Notes: generated by a model from the sequence alone, not told the origin. 64,000 bases of DNA from Squalus acanthias (GCA_030390025.1 JASTWF010000035.1:2418001-2482000); one strand, 5' to 3'; counted from the stretch's first letter, positions 12,826 through 25,655 are shown. Made by a program: numbers and translations.

Positions 12826-13257
12826 GCATAGTGGTTAGCACTGGTGCCTCACAGCGCCAGAGACCCGGGTTCGAATCTGACCTCGGGTGACTGTCTGTGT
12901 GGAGTTTGCACATTCTCCCCGTGTCTGCGTGGGTTTCCTCCGGGTGCTCCGGTTTCCTCCCACAGTCCAAAAATGTGTGGGTTAGGTTGATTTGGCTATG
13001 ATAAATTGACCCTTAGTGTTAGGGGGGATTAAATATGTGGGGTTATGGGGATAGGATGGGATATGTTAGGGGGAATTAAATACGTGGGGTTACGGGGGTA
13101 GGGTGGGATATGAGTACTGTGGGGATTAAAGCAGGGACAGGGTACTGGATTTGGATGATCAGCCATGATCGTATTGAATGGCGGAGCAGGCTCGACGGGC
13201 CGAATGGCCTACTCCTGCTCCTAGATTCTATGTTTCTATGTTTCTATGTTTCTATGT
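12826..13257 (+). mobile_element. HE1-like tRNA-derived V-SINE with a CR1-derived 3' tail
   Basis: AGTGGTTAGCA head, GGTTCGAATC B-box, V-domain GTGTGGAGTTTGCACATTCTCCCCGTGTCTGCGTGGGTTTCCTCCGGGTGCTCCGG, internal ~47-bp duplication, CR1 tail ending (TTTCTATG)n. Confidence 0.85.
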
Positions 13258-13803
13258 TAGAGAGAGAGAGAGAGGGAGAGAGCACAGCGGGAGAGAGAGA
13301 GAGAGAGAGAGAGCACAGCGGGAGAGAGAGAGAGAGAGAGAGAGCACAGCGGGAGAGAGAGAGAGAGAGCACGGTGGGAGAGAGAGAGAGAGAGAGAGAG
13401 AGAGCACAGCGGGAGAGAGAGAGAGAGAGCACAGCGGGAGAGGGAGAGAGAGAGAGAGAGAGAGCACAGCGGGAGAGGGAGAGAGAGAGAGAGAGCACAG
13501 CGGGAGAGGGAGAGAGAGAGAGAGAGAGCACAGCGGGAGAGGGAGAGAGAGAGAGAGAGAGCACAGCGGAAGAGAGAGAGGGAGAGAGAGAGCACAGCGG
13601 GAGAGAGAGAGAGAGAGAGAGAGCACAGCGGGAGAGAGAGAGGGAGAGAGCACAGCGGGAGAGGGAGAGAGAGAGAGAGAGAGCACAGCAGGAGAGGGAG
13701 GGAGAGAGAGAGAGAGCACAGCAGGAGAGGGAGGGAGAGAGTGGACAGCGGAGAGGGAGAGAGAGAGGGGCAGGAGAGGGTGACAGAGAGAGCGGACAGC
13801 AGG
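13258..13803. repeat. GA/GCACAGCGG satellite, block 2
   Basis: Directly visible. Confidence 0.95.
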
Positions 13804-15132
13804 AGAACATCAGAAATAGGAGCAGGAATAGGCCACTTGGCCCCTCGAGCCTGCTCCGCCATTCAATAAGATCATGGCTGATCTTGGGCTCAAAGCCACT
13901 TCCCTGCCCGCTCCCCATAACCCTTCACTCCTTCATCTTGTAAAAATCTGTCTATCTCCACCTTAAATGTATTTAATGACCCAGCCTCCACAGCTCTCTG
14001 GGGCAGAGAATTCCACAGATTTACGTCCCTCTGATGAAGAAATTCCTCCTCATCTCAGTTCTAAAAGGGAGAACCTTATTCTGAAACTATACCCCGAGTT
14101 CTAGATTTCCCCACGAGGGGAAACATCCTCTCTGCATCTACCTTGTCGAGCCCCCTCAGTATCTTATATGTTTCAATAAGATCACCTCTCATTCTTCTAA
14201 ATTCCAATAAGTATAGGCCCAGCCTGCTCAACCTTTCCTCATAAGTCAAACCCCTTCATCTCTGGAATTAACCTAGTGAATCGTCTCTGAACTGCCTCCA
14301 ATGCAAGTATATCCTTCCTTAAATAAGGAGACCAAAACTGTACGCAGTACTCAAGGTGTGGTCTCACCAATACCCTGTACAGTTGTAGCAGGACTTCCCT
14401 ACTTTTATACTCCAACCCCCTTGAAATAAAGGCCAACATTCCATTTGCCTTTTTGATTACTTGTTGTACCTGCATGCTAACTTTGTGTGTTTCATGCACA
14501 AGGACCCCCAGGTCCCTCTGAACTGTAGCATTTTGTAATCTCTCTCCATTTAAATAATAATTTGCTTTTTTATTTCTCCTGCCAAAGTGGATAACCTCGC
14601 ACTTTCCCACATTATACTCCATCTGCCAAATGTTTGCCCACTCACTTAGCCTGTCTATATCCCTTTGCAGGTTCTTTGAGTCCTCTGCACAACTTGCTTT
14701 CCCACCCATCTTTGTATCATCTGCAAACTTGGCTACATTACACTCAGTCGCTTCATCCAAGTCATTAATGTAGATTGTAAATAGTTGAGGCCCCAGCACC
14801 GATCCCTGTGGCACCCCACCAGTTACCATTTGCCAACCGGAAAATGACCCATTTATCCCGACTCTCTGCTTTCTGTTAGTTAGCCAATTCTCTATCCATG
14901 CTAATATATTACCCCCAACTCCATGAGCTCTTATCTTATGCAGTAACCTTTTATGTGGCACCTTATCGAATGCCTTCTGGAAATCCAAATACACCACATC
15001 CACTGGTTCACCCTTGTCCACCCTACTCGTTACATCCTCAAATAACTCCAGCAAATTCGTTAAACATGATTTCCCTTTCATAAAACCATGCTGACTCTGT
15101 TTGACTGCAGTATGATTTTCCAAATGCCCTGC
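13804..15132 (-). mobile_element. CR1 3' fragment, triplication copy 1
   Basis: RT motifs ([23 protein letters not shown]) in ORF 14239-16884. Ends at AAATGCCCTGC. Confidence 0.95.
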
Positions 15133-16237
15133 ACAGCGGGAGAGGGAGAGAGAGAGCACAGCGGGAGAGAGAGAGAGAGAGCACAGCGGGAGAGAGAGAG
15201 AGAGAGAGAGAGCACAGCAGGAGAGAGAGAGAGAGAGAGAGAGAGCACAGCGGGAGAGAGAGAGAGAGAGAGAGAGAGCACAGCGGGAGAGAGAGAGAGA
15301 GAGAGAGAGCACAGCGGGAGAGAGAGAGAGAGAGAGAGAGCACAGCGGGAGAGGGAGAGAGAGAGCACAGCGGGAGAGAGAGAGAGAGAGAGAGAGCACA
15401 GCGGGAGAGAGAGAGAGAGAGAGAGCACAGCGGGAGAGGGAGAGAGAGAGAGAGAGCACAGCGGGAGAGAGAGAGAGAGAGCACAGCGGGAGAGAGAGAG
15501 AGAGAGAGCACAGCGGGAGAGAGAGAGAGAGAGAGAGAGAGCACAGCGGGAGAGAGAGAGAGAGAGAGAGAGAGAGCACAGCGGGAGAGAGAGAGAGAGA
15601 GAGAGAGAGAGCACAGCGGGAGAGAGAGAGAGAGAGAGAGAGAGAGCACAGCGGGAGAGAGAGAGAGACAGAGAGAGAGCACAGCGGGAGAGAGAGATAG
15701 AGAGAGAGCACAGCGGGAGAGAGAGAGAGAGAGCACAGCGGGAGAGGGAGAGAGAGAGAGAGAGAGCACAGCGGGAGAGGGAGAGAGAGAGAGAGCACAG
15801 CGGGAGAGAGAGAGAGAGAGAGAGAGAGAGCACAGCGGGAGAGAGAGAGAGAGAGAGAGAGCACAGCGGGAGAGGGAGATAGAGAGAGAGCACAGCGGGA
15901 GAGAGAGAGAGAGAGCACAGCGGGAGAGAGAGAGAGAGAGCACAGCGGGAGAGAGAGAGAGAGAGCACAGCGGGAGAGAGAGAGAGAGAGAGAGCACAGC
16001 GGGAGAGGGAGAGAGAGAGCACAGCGGGAGAGAGAGAGAGAGAGCACAGCGGGAGAGGGAGAGAGAGAGAGAGAGCACAGCGGGAGAGAGAGAGAGCACA
16101 GCGGGAGAGGGAGAGAGAGAGCACAGCGGGAGAGAGAGAGAGAGAGCACAGCAGGAGAGGGAGAGAGAGAGAGAGAGCACAGCGGGAGAGGGAGAGAGAG
16201 AGCACAGCGGGAGAGAGAGAGAGAGAGAGAGCACAGC

Positions 16238-16268
<31 letters not shown>

Positions 16269-16769
16269 CACAGCGGGAGAGAGAGAGAGAGAGAGAGAGA
16301 GCACAGCGGGAGAGGGAGAGAGAGAGAGAGCACAGCGGGAGAGAGAGAGAGAGAGAGAGAGAGCACAGCGGGAGAGGGAGAGAGAGAGCACAGCGGGAGA
16401 GAGAGAGAGAGAGAGAGAGAGCACAGCGGGAGAGGGAGAGAGAGAGAGAGAGCACAGCGGGAGAGAGAGAGAGAGAGAGAGAGCACAGCGGGAGAGGGAG
16501 AGAGAGAGAGCACAGCGGGAGAGGGAGAGAGAGAGCACAGCGGGAGAGAGAGAGAGAGAGAGAGAGAGCACAGCGGGAGAGAGAGAGAGAGAGAGAGAGC
16601 ACAGCAGGAGAGAGAGAGAGAGAGAGAGGTGGGAGATGGAGAAAGAAAGAGCAGACAGCGGGAGAGGGAGAGAGAGAGTGGACAGCGGAGAGGGAGATGG
16701 AGTGAACAGACAGCAGGAGAGGGAGAGAGAGAGGGGCAGGAGAGGGTGACAGAGAGAGCGGACAGCAGG
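15133..16769. repeat. GA/GCACAGCGG satellite, block 3
   Basis: Directly visible. Confidence 0.95.
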
Positions 16770-18098
16770 AGAACATCAGAAATAGGAGCAGGAATAGGCC
16801 ACTTGGCCCCTCGAGCCTGCTCCGCCATTCAATAAGATCATGGCTGATCTTGGGCTCAAAGCCACTTCCCTGCCCGCTCCCCATAACCCTTCACTCCTTC
16901 ATCTTGTAAAAATCTGTCTATCTCCACCTTAAATGTATTTAATGACCCAGCCTCCACAGCTCTCTGGGGCAGAGAATTCCACAGATTTACGACCCTCTGA
17001 TGAAGAAATTCCTCCTCATCTCAGTTCTAAAAGGGCGAACCTTATTCTGAAACTATACCCCGAGTTCTAGATTTCCCCACGAGGGGAAACATCCTCTCTG
17101 CATCTACCTTGTCGAGCCCCCTCAGTATCTTATATGTTTCAATAAGATCACCTCTCATTCTTCTAAACTCCAATGAGTATAGGCCCAGCCTGCTCAACCT
17201 TTCCTCATAAGTCAAACCCCTTCATCTCTGGAATTAACCTAGTGAATCGTCTCTGAACTGCCTCCAATGCAAGTATATCCTTCCTTAAATAAGGAGACCA
17301 AAACTGTACGCAGTACTCAAGGTGTGGTCTCACCAATACTCTGTACAGTTGTAGCAGGACTTCCCTGCTTTTATACTCCAACCCCCTTGAAATAAAGGCC
17401 AACATTCCATTTGCCTTTTTGATTACTTGCTGTACCTGCATGCTAACTTTGTGTGTTTCATGCACAAGGACCCCCAGGTCCCTCTGAACTGTAGCATTTT
17501 GTAATCTCTCTCCATTTAAATAATAATTTGCTTTTTTATTTCTCCTGCCAAAGTGGATAACCTCGCACTTTCCCACATTATACTCCATCTGCCAAATGTT
17601 TGCCCACTCACTTAGCCTGTCTATATCCCTTTGCAGATTCTTTGAGTCCTCTGCACAACTTGCTTTCCCACCTATCTTTGTATCATCTGCAAACTTGGCT
17701 ACATTACACTCAGTCGCTTCATCCAAGTCATTAATGTAGATTGTAAATAGTTGAGGCCCCAGCACCGATCCCTGTGGCACCCCACTAGTTACCGTTTGCC
17801 AACCGGAAAATGACCCATTTATCCCAACTCTCTGCTTTCTGTTAGTTAGCCTATTCTCTATCCATGCTAATATATTACCCCCAACTCCGTGAGCTCTTAT
17901 CTTATGCAGTAACCTTTTATGTGGCACCTTATCGAATGCCTTCTGGAAATCCAAATACACCACATCCACTGGCTCACCCTTGTCCACCCTACTCGTTACA
18001 TCCTCAAATAACTCCAGCAAATTTGTTAAACATGATTTCCCTTTCATAAAACCATGCTGACTCTGTTTGACTGCATTATGATTTTCCAAATGCCCTGC
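16770..18098 (-). mobile_element. CR1 3' fragment, triplication copy 2
   Basis: Near-identical to 13804-15132 with the same breakpoints (offset 2966). Confidence 0.95.
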
Positions 18099-19753
18099 AC
18101 AGCGGGAGAGGGAGAGAGAGAGCACAGCGGGAGAGAGAGAGAGAGAGCACAGCGGGAGAGAGAGAGAGAGAGAGAGAGCACAGCGGGAGAGGGAGAGAGA
18201 GAGCACAGCGGGAGAGAGAGAGAGAGAGCACAGCGGGAGAGGGAGAGAGAGCACAGCGGGAGAGAGAGAGAGAGAGAGAGAGCACAGCGGGAGAGAGAGA
18301 GAGAGAGAGAGAGCACAGCGGGAGAGGGAGAGAGAGCACAGCGGGAGAGAGAGAGAGAGAGAGAGCACAGCGGGAGAGAGAGAGAGAGAGAGAGAGCACA
18401 GCGGGAGAGAGAGAGAGAGAGCACAGCGGGAGAGAGAGAGAGAGAGAGAGAGAGAGCACAGCGGGAGAGGGAGAGAGAGAGAGAGAGCACAGCGGGAGAG
18501 AGAGAGAGAGAGAGAGAGAGAGCACAGCGGGAGAGAGAGAGAGAGAGAGAGAGAGCACAGCGGGAGAGAGAGAGAGAGAGAGAGCACAGCGGGAGAGAGA
18601 GAGAGAGAGAGAGCACAGCGGGAGAGAGAGAGAGAGAGAGAGAGAGCACAGCGGGAGAGAGAGAGAGAGAGAGAGAGAGCACAGCGGGAGAGGGAAGAGA
18701 GCACAGCGGGAGAGGGAGAGAGAGAGAGCACAGCGGGAGAAGGAGAGAGACAGAGAGAGAGAGAGAGCACAGCGGGAGAGAGAGAGAGAGAGAGAGAGAG
18801 CACAGCGGGAGAGAGAGAGAGACAGAGAGAGAGAGAGAGCACAGCGGGAGAGAGAGAGAGAGAGAGAGAGAGCACAGCGGGAGAGGGAAGAGAGCACAGC
18901 GGGAGAGGGAGAGAGAGAGAGCACAGCGGGAGAGAGAGAGAGAGAGAGAGAGAGCACAGCGGGAGAGGGAAGAGAGCACAGCGGGAGAGGGAGAGAGAGA
19001 GAGCACAGCGGGAGAAGGAGAGAGAGCACAGCGGGAGAGAGAGAGAGAGAGAGAGCACAGCGGGAGAGAGAGAGAGAGAGAGAGCACAGCGGGAGAGAGA
19101 GAGAGACAGAGAGAGAGAGAGAGCACAGCGGGAGAGAGAGAGAGAGAGAGAGAGCACAGCGGGAGAGGGAGAGAGAGAGAGAGCACAGCGGGAGAGAGAG
19201 AGAGAGAGAGAGAGAGCACAGCGGGAGAGAGAGAGAGAGAGAGAGCACAGCGGGAGAGAGAGAGAGAGAGAGCACAGCGGGAGAGAGAGAGAGAGAGAGA
19301 GCACAGCGGGAGAGAGAGAGAGAGAGAGCACAGCGGGAGAGGGAGAGAGAGAGAGAGAGCACAGCGGGAGAGAGAGAGAGAGAGAGAGAGCACAGCGGGA
19401 GAGGGAAGAGAGCACAGCGGGAGAGGGAGAGAGAGAGAGCACAGCGGGAGAAGGAGAGAGAGCACAGCGGGAGAGAGAGAGAGAGCACAGCGGGAGAGGG
19501 AGAGAGAGAGAGAGAGCACAGCGGAAGAGAGAGGGAGAGCACAGCGGGAGAGGGAGAGAGAGCACAGCGGGTGAGGGAGAGAGAGAGCACAGCGGGAGAG
19601 GGATAGAAAGCACAGCGGGAGAGGGAGATAGAGCACAGCGGAAGAGAGAGAGAGAGAGAGAGTGGACAGCGGAGAGGGAGATGGAGTGAACAGACAGCAG
19701 GAGAGGGAGAGAGAGAGGGGCAGGAGAGGGTGACAGAGAGAGCGGACAGCAGG
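18099..19753. repeat. GA/GCACAGCGG satellite, block 4
   Basis: Directly visible. Confidence 0.95.
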
Positions 19754-22250
19754 AGAACATCAGAAATAGGAGCAGGAATAAGCCACTTGGCCCCTCGAGC
19801 CTGCTCCGCCATTCAATAAGATCATGGCTGATCTTGGGCTCAAAGCCACTTCCCTGCCCGCTCCCCATAACCCTTCACTCCTTCATCTTGTAAAAATCTG
19901 TCTATCTCCACCTTAAATGTATTTAATGACCCAGCCTCCACGGCTCTCTGGGGCAGAGAATTCCACAGATTTACGACCCTCTGATGAAGAAATTCCTTCT
20001 CATCTCAGTTCTAAAAGGGCGACCCTTTATTCTGAAACTATGCCCCCGAGTTCTAGATTTCCCCACGAGGGGAAACATCCTCTCTGCATCTACCTTGTCA
20101 AGCCCCCTCAGTATCTTATATGTTTCAATAAGATCACCTCTCATTCTTCTAAATTCCAATGAGTATAGGCCCAGCCTGCTCAACCTTTCCTCATAAGTCA
20201 AACCCCTTCATCTCTGGAATTAACCTAGTGAATCGTCTCTGAACTGCCTCCAATGCAAGTATATCCTTCCTTAAATAAGGAGACCAAAACTGTACGCAGT
20301 ACTCAAGGTGTGGTCTCACCAATACTCTGTACAGTTGTAGCAGGACTTCCCTGCTTTTATACTCCAACCCCCTTGAAATAAAGGCCAACATTCCATTTGC
20401 CTTTTTGATTACTTGCTGTACCTGCATGCTAACTTTGTGTGTTTCATGCACAAGGACCCCCAGGTCCCTCTGAACTGTAGCATTTTGTAATCTCTCTCCA
20501 TTTAAATAATAATTTGCTTTTTTATTTCTCCTGCCAAAGTGGATAACCTCGCACTTTCCCACATTATACTCCATCTGCCAAATGTTTGCCCATTCATCTA
20601 GCCTGTCTATATCCCTTTGCAGATTCTTTGAGTCCTCTGCACAACTTGCTTTCCCACCCATCTTTGTATCATCTGCAAACTTGGCTACATTACACTCAGT
20701 CGCTTCATCCAAGTCATTAATGTAGATTGTAAATAGTTGAGGCCCCAGCACCGATCCCTGTGGCACCCCACCAGTTACCATTTGCCAACCGGAAAATGAC
20801 CCATTTATCCCAACTCTCTGCTTTCTGTTAGTTAGCCTATTCTCTATCCATGCTAATATATTACCCCCAACTCCATGAGCTCTTATCTTATGCAGTAACC
20901 TTTTATGTGGCACCTTATCGAATGCCTTCTGGAAATCCAAATACACCACATCCACTGGCTCACCCTTGTCCACCCTACTCGTTACATCCTCAAATAACTC
21001 CAGCAAATTTGTTAAACATGATTTCCCTTTCATAAAACCATGCTGACTCTGTTTGACTGCATTATGATTTTCCAAATGCCCTGCTACTGCTTCCTTAATG
21101 AAGGACTCCAGCATTTTCTCAACGACAGATGTTAGTCTAACTGGTCTATAGTTTCCTGCTTTCTGTCTCCCTCCTTTCTTAAATAGGGGTGTTACATTTG
21201 CGGTTTTCCAATCCGCTGGGACCTCTCCAGAGTCCAGGGAATTTTGGTATATTGCAGCCACTTCTTTTAAGACCCTGGGATGCAGGCCATCTGGTCTAGG
21301 GGACTTGTCATCTTTTAGTCCCATTATTTTACTGAGTACTATTTCCTTAGTGATAGTGATTGTCTTTAGTTCCCCCCCCTCCCTGTGGCCCCTTGATTAT
21401 CCATTATTGGGAAGTTGTTCGTGTCTTCTACCTTGAAGACAGATACAGAATATTTGTTCAGAGTCTCAGCCATTTCCACGTTCCCCATTATTAATTCCCC
21501 AGTCTCATCCTCTAAGAGACCAATGTTAACTTTAGCTACTCTCTTCCTTTTATATACCTGTAGAAGCTCTTACTTTCTGTTTGAATATTTCTTGCCAGTT
21601 TACTCTCATAATTCATCTTCTCCCTCATTATTATTTTTTTACTCATCCTTTGCTGGTTTTTAAAAATTTCCCAATCCTCTGGCCTCCCACATATCTTGAC
21701 AACATTGTATGCCTTCGTTTTCAATTTGATACCATACTTTACTTCCTTAGTTAGCCACAGATGGTGCTCCCTTCTCTTAAAATCTTTCTTTCTCACTGGA
21801 ATATATTTTATTAAATGTCTGCCACTGCATTTCAACTGTCTTACCTTTTAATTTATTTTTCCAGTCCACTTTAGCCAGTTCTGCCCTCATGCCACTGTAA
21901 TTGCCCTAGCTTAAAATCAGGACACTGGTTTGAGATACAACTTTCTTACCCTCCAACTGAATTTGAAATTCAACCATGTTATGATCACTCTTTCCTAGAG
22001 GATCCTTTATTATGAGATAATTTATTAATTCTGTCTCATTACACAGTGCCAGATCAAAGATAGCCTGCTCCCTGGTTGGTTCCATTACATACTGTTCAGG
22101 GAAACCATCCCGGATGCACTCTATGAACTCCTCCCCAAGGCTCCCATGGCCAATTTGATTTGTCCAATCAATATGGAGATTAAAATCACCCATGATTATT
22201 ACCGTACAGATTTTTACAGGCCTCCATTATTTGTTGATTTATACTCCGTG
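19754..22250 (-). mobile_element. CR1 LINE, triplication copy 3 (longer; extends into the APE endonuclease)
   Basis: ORFs 20191-21324, 21536-21835 and 21906-22193 (GDFNL..SDH), frameshifted. Confidence 0.95.
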
Positions 22251-22307
22251 ACAGTGAGAGAGAGGCGGGAGTGGGAGACAGAGAGAGAGAGCGGCGAGAG
22301 AGGGAGA

Positions 22308-23072
22308 CATAAGAACATAAGAAATAGGAGCAGGAGTCGGCCATTCGGCTCTTCGAGCCTGCTGCGCCATTCAATGAGATCATGGCTGATCTTCTGCCTC
22401 AACTCCATACACCGGCCCTATCGCCATATCGCTTGATGCCTTTACTAGTCAGAAATCTATCGACTTCTGTTTTGAATATACCCAATGACTGAGCCTCCAC
22501 AGCCCTCTGGGGTAGAGAATTCCAAAGATTCATCACCCTCTGTGTAAAGAAATTTCTTCTCATCTCAGTCCTGAATGGCCTACCCTTTATCCTGAGGCTG
22601 TGGCCCCTGTTTCTAGACTCCCCAGCCAAGGGAACCATTCTCCCAGCATCTACCCTATCAAGCCCTGTAATAATTTTGAATGCTTCAATGAGATCCCCTC
22701 TCATTCTTCTGAATTCAAGAGAATACAGGCCTAGTTTACTCAATCTCTTCTCATACGACAGTCCCGCCATCCCAGGAATCAATCTCGTGAACCTTCGTTG
22801 CACTCCCTCTATGGCAAGTATATCCTTCCTTAGGTAAGGAGACCAAAATTGTACACAGTACTCCAGGTGTGGTCTCACCAAGGCCCTATATAATTGGAGT
22901 AAGACTTCTTTACTCCTGTACTCAAATCCTCTTGTAATGAAGGCCAGCATACCATTTGCCTTCCTAATGGCTTGCTGCACCTGCACATTCACTTTCAGTG
23001 ACTCATGTACAAGGACACCCAGGTCCCTTTGAGCATCTGCATTCCCCAATCTTTCACCATTTAGGAAATACT
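22308..23072 (-). mobile_element. CR1 3' fragment
   Basis: ORF 22399-23049. Near-identical subfamily to 59948-60836. Confidence 0.93.
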
Positions 23073-23571
23073 CTTAGGAGACAGAGAGAGCTGACAGCAG
23101 GAGAGGGAGATTGAAAGAGAGGACACCGGGAGAGGGAGGCAAATAAGAAAAGGAGGCACAGCAAACAAAGAAACTGGTGTTTAGATGCTTTTGAAGGGTG
23201 CGAGAGGAACAAAGTGGTTCTGGGTGAGAGTGGCAAAGCACAGCGTGGCAATACCTGAGCTTTTCTGCAATGAGAGAGTTATCCAGTTTCAGAGTGTGGG
23301 CAATACGGCTGCAGAAGATCACTCACATAGAGGGCTCAGACCACCGAGATATTTCAGACTTAGGGTGAGGGCCTCAGCGATTTTCTGGGGAGCTGAGAGC
23401 CAGTGAGTCGGCATGTCTGAGGCCAAAGGTTTCAAGCATTGAGAGTGACCACAATACCGCATTTAATGGCAATTTCATTTTGACCCGGCTGTTAGCAGGA
23501 GGAGTCATTAACAGAGGCGTGGAAGAGGAAGGCTAACCTGCCATCAGTGTGAACAGAGTCTCCATACTCAC

Positions 23572-23643
23572 CAAGTCCACCGTATTCGCAATATTGATCA
23601 CTCGCCGCACCACAGCATCTTTTTTATTCTTCAGATTCTGATA
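23572..23643 (-). CDS. ADAM exon YQNLKNKKDAVVRRVINIANTVDL
   Basis: ttcctttcag acceptor, 72 nt, gtgagt donor, phase 0/0. Matches the R-xx-xIAN-xVD helix of reprolysin domains. Confidence 0.9.
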
Positions 23644-23695
23644 CTGAAAGGAATCCAAACGATTGGTGATGATTCAGTGAGCAAAATAGCTCAAT

Positions 23696-24329
23696 CCCCA
23701 CTCCCCACCCACACTCACCACCCACACCCACCAACCACACCCACCAACCCACACTCCCCAACCCACACTCCCCAACCCCACTCCCCACCCACACTCCCCA
23801 CCCACACTCCCCACCCACCCTCCCCATCCCCACCCACACTCACCAACCCAACTCCCCACCCACCCTCCCCATCCCCACCCACACTCACCACCCCCCTCCC
23901 CATCCCCACCCACACTCACCAACCCCACTCCCCACCCACACTCCCCACCCCCCTCCCCACCCACACTCCCCACCCACACTCACCACCCCCACCCACACTC
24001 CCCACCCCCACTCCCCACCCACACTCCCCACCCACACTCACCAACCCCACCCCCACTCCCCACCCACACTCACCACCCCCACCCACACTCATCACCCCCA
24101 CTCCCCACCCACACTCACCAACCCCACCCCCCACTCCCCACCCACACTCCCCATCCTCCCTCCCCATCTCCCCACCCACACTCCCCACGATCCCACTCAC
24201 ATACCCCACCCACAAAGCACACCCCACTTCCCACAATCCCATTCCCCACAATCCCACTCCTCACTCCCCACCCACACTCTCCATGATCCTACCCACACGC
24301 CCCAATATCCCGCCCACACTCCCCACGAT
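23696..24329. repeat. C/A-rich minisatellite (CCCCACCCACACT-like units)
   Basis: Directly visible. G-tract rich on the minus strand. Confidence 0.92.
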
Positions 24330-25655
24330 CATAAGAACATAAGAATTAGGAGCAGGAGCAGGGCATTCGGCCCCTCGAGCCTGCTCCGCCATTCATGGCT
24401 GATCTTTGACCTCATCTCCACTTTCCTGCACTATCCCCATATCCCTTGATTCCATTAATATCCAAATATCTATCAATCTCTGTCTTGAACATACTTAATG
24501 ACTGAGCTTCCACAGTCCTCTGGAGCAGAGAATTCCAAAGATTCACAACTCTCTGAGTGAAGAAATTTCTCCTCATCTCAGTCCTAAATGGCCGACCCCT
24601 TATTCTGAGACTGTGACCCCTGGTTCTAGACTCCCCAGCCAGGGGAAACATCCTCCCAACATCTACCCTGTCAAGCCCTGTAAGAATTTTGTATGTTTCA
24701 ATGAGATCACCTCTCATTCTTCTAAACTCTCGGGAATATAGGCCTAGTCTACTCAACCTCTCTTCATAGGCCAATCCCCCCATCCCAGGAATCAGTCTGA
24801 TGAACCTTCGCTGCACTCCCTCTAAGGAAATTATATCTTTCCTCAGCTAAGGAGATCAAAACTGTGCACAGTACTTCAGGTGTGGTCTCATCAAAGCCCT
24901 ATATAATTGCAGCAAGACTTCCTTACTCTTATACTACAACCTCCTTGCCAGAAAGGCTAACATAACATTTGGTTTCCTAATTGCTTGCTGTGCCTGCATG
25001 TTAACTTTCTGTGATTCATGAAGAGGACACCGAAATCTCTCCAAATCCCAACAGTTACTAGCCTTTAACCTTATAAAAAATATTCCACTTTTCCATTCTT
25101 CCTACCAAAGTGGATAATTTCACACTTCCTCACATTATACGGTACGATAGCATAGTGGTACGTTACTGGACTAATGATCCAGAGACATGAGTTCACATCC
25201 CACCATGGCAGCTGGGGAATTTAAATTCAGTTAATTAAATAAATCTGGAATAAAAAGCTAGTGTCAGTAATGGTGACCATGAAACTATCGGATTGTTGTA
25301 AAAACCCATCTGGTTCACGAATGTCCTTTAGGGAAGGAAATCTGCCGTCCTTACCCGGTCTGGCCTATATGTGACTCCAGACCCACAGCAATGTGGTTGA
25401 CTCTTAAGTGCTCTCTGAAATGGCCGAGCAAGCCTCACCATCACCTTCGCAAGGGCAATTAGGGATGGGTAATAAATGCTGGCTATGCCAGCGACACCCA
25501 CATCCCATGAACGAAAAAAAATACTCCACCTGCCAACTTCTTGCCCAATCACTGAACCAGTCTATATCTCTTTGCCGCCTCTTTGCGTCCTCCTCACAGC
25601 TTACTATCCCACCTAGCTTTGTATTGTCAGCAAATTTGGATACATTATGCTTGTT
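24330..25655 (-). mobile_element. CR1 3' fragment interrupted by a SINE
   Basis: ORF 24412-24816. Sequence resumes after 25521 (ATAC|...|ATACTCCACC). Confidence 0.88.
25141..25521 (+). mobile_element. tRNA-derived SINE with an A-rich tail
   Basis: TAGCATAGTGG A-box, GAGTTCACATCC B-box-like, AATAAA then A tail, ATAC duplication. Second copy at 61040-61462. Confidence 0.82.

Noticed and set aside
12826..12890. tRNA genes at the A/B-box motifs (also 25141, ~33420, 38935)
   Set aside because: No complete cloverleaf; each continues into a SINE body.
11724..19812. RERE- and SLSL-rich ORFs (also in 1-6748, and P/S/T-rich ORFs at 23677 and 37450)
   Set aside because: Translations of low-complexity repeats.
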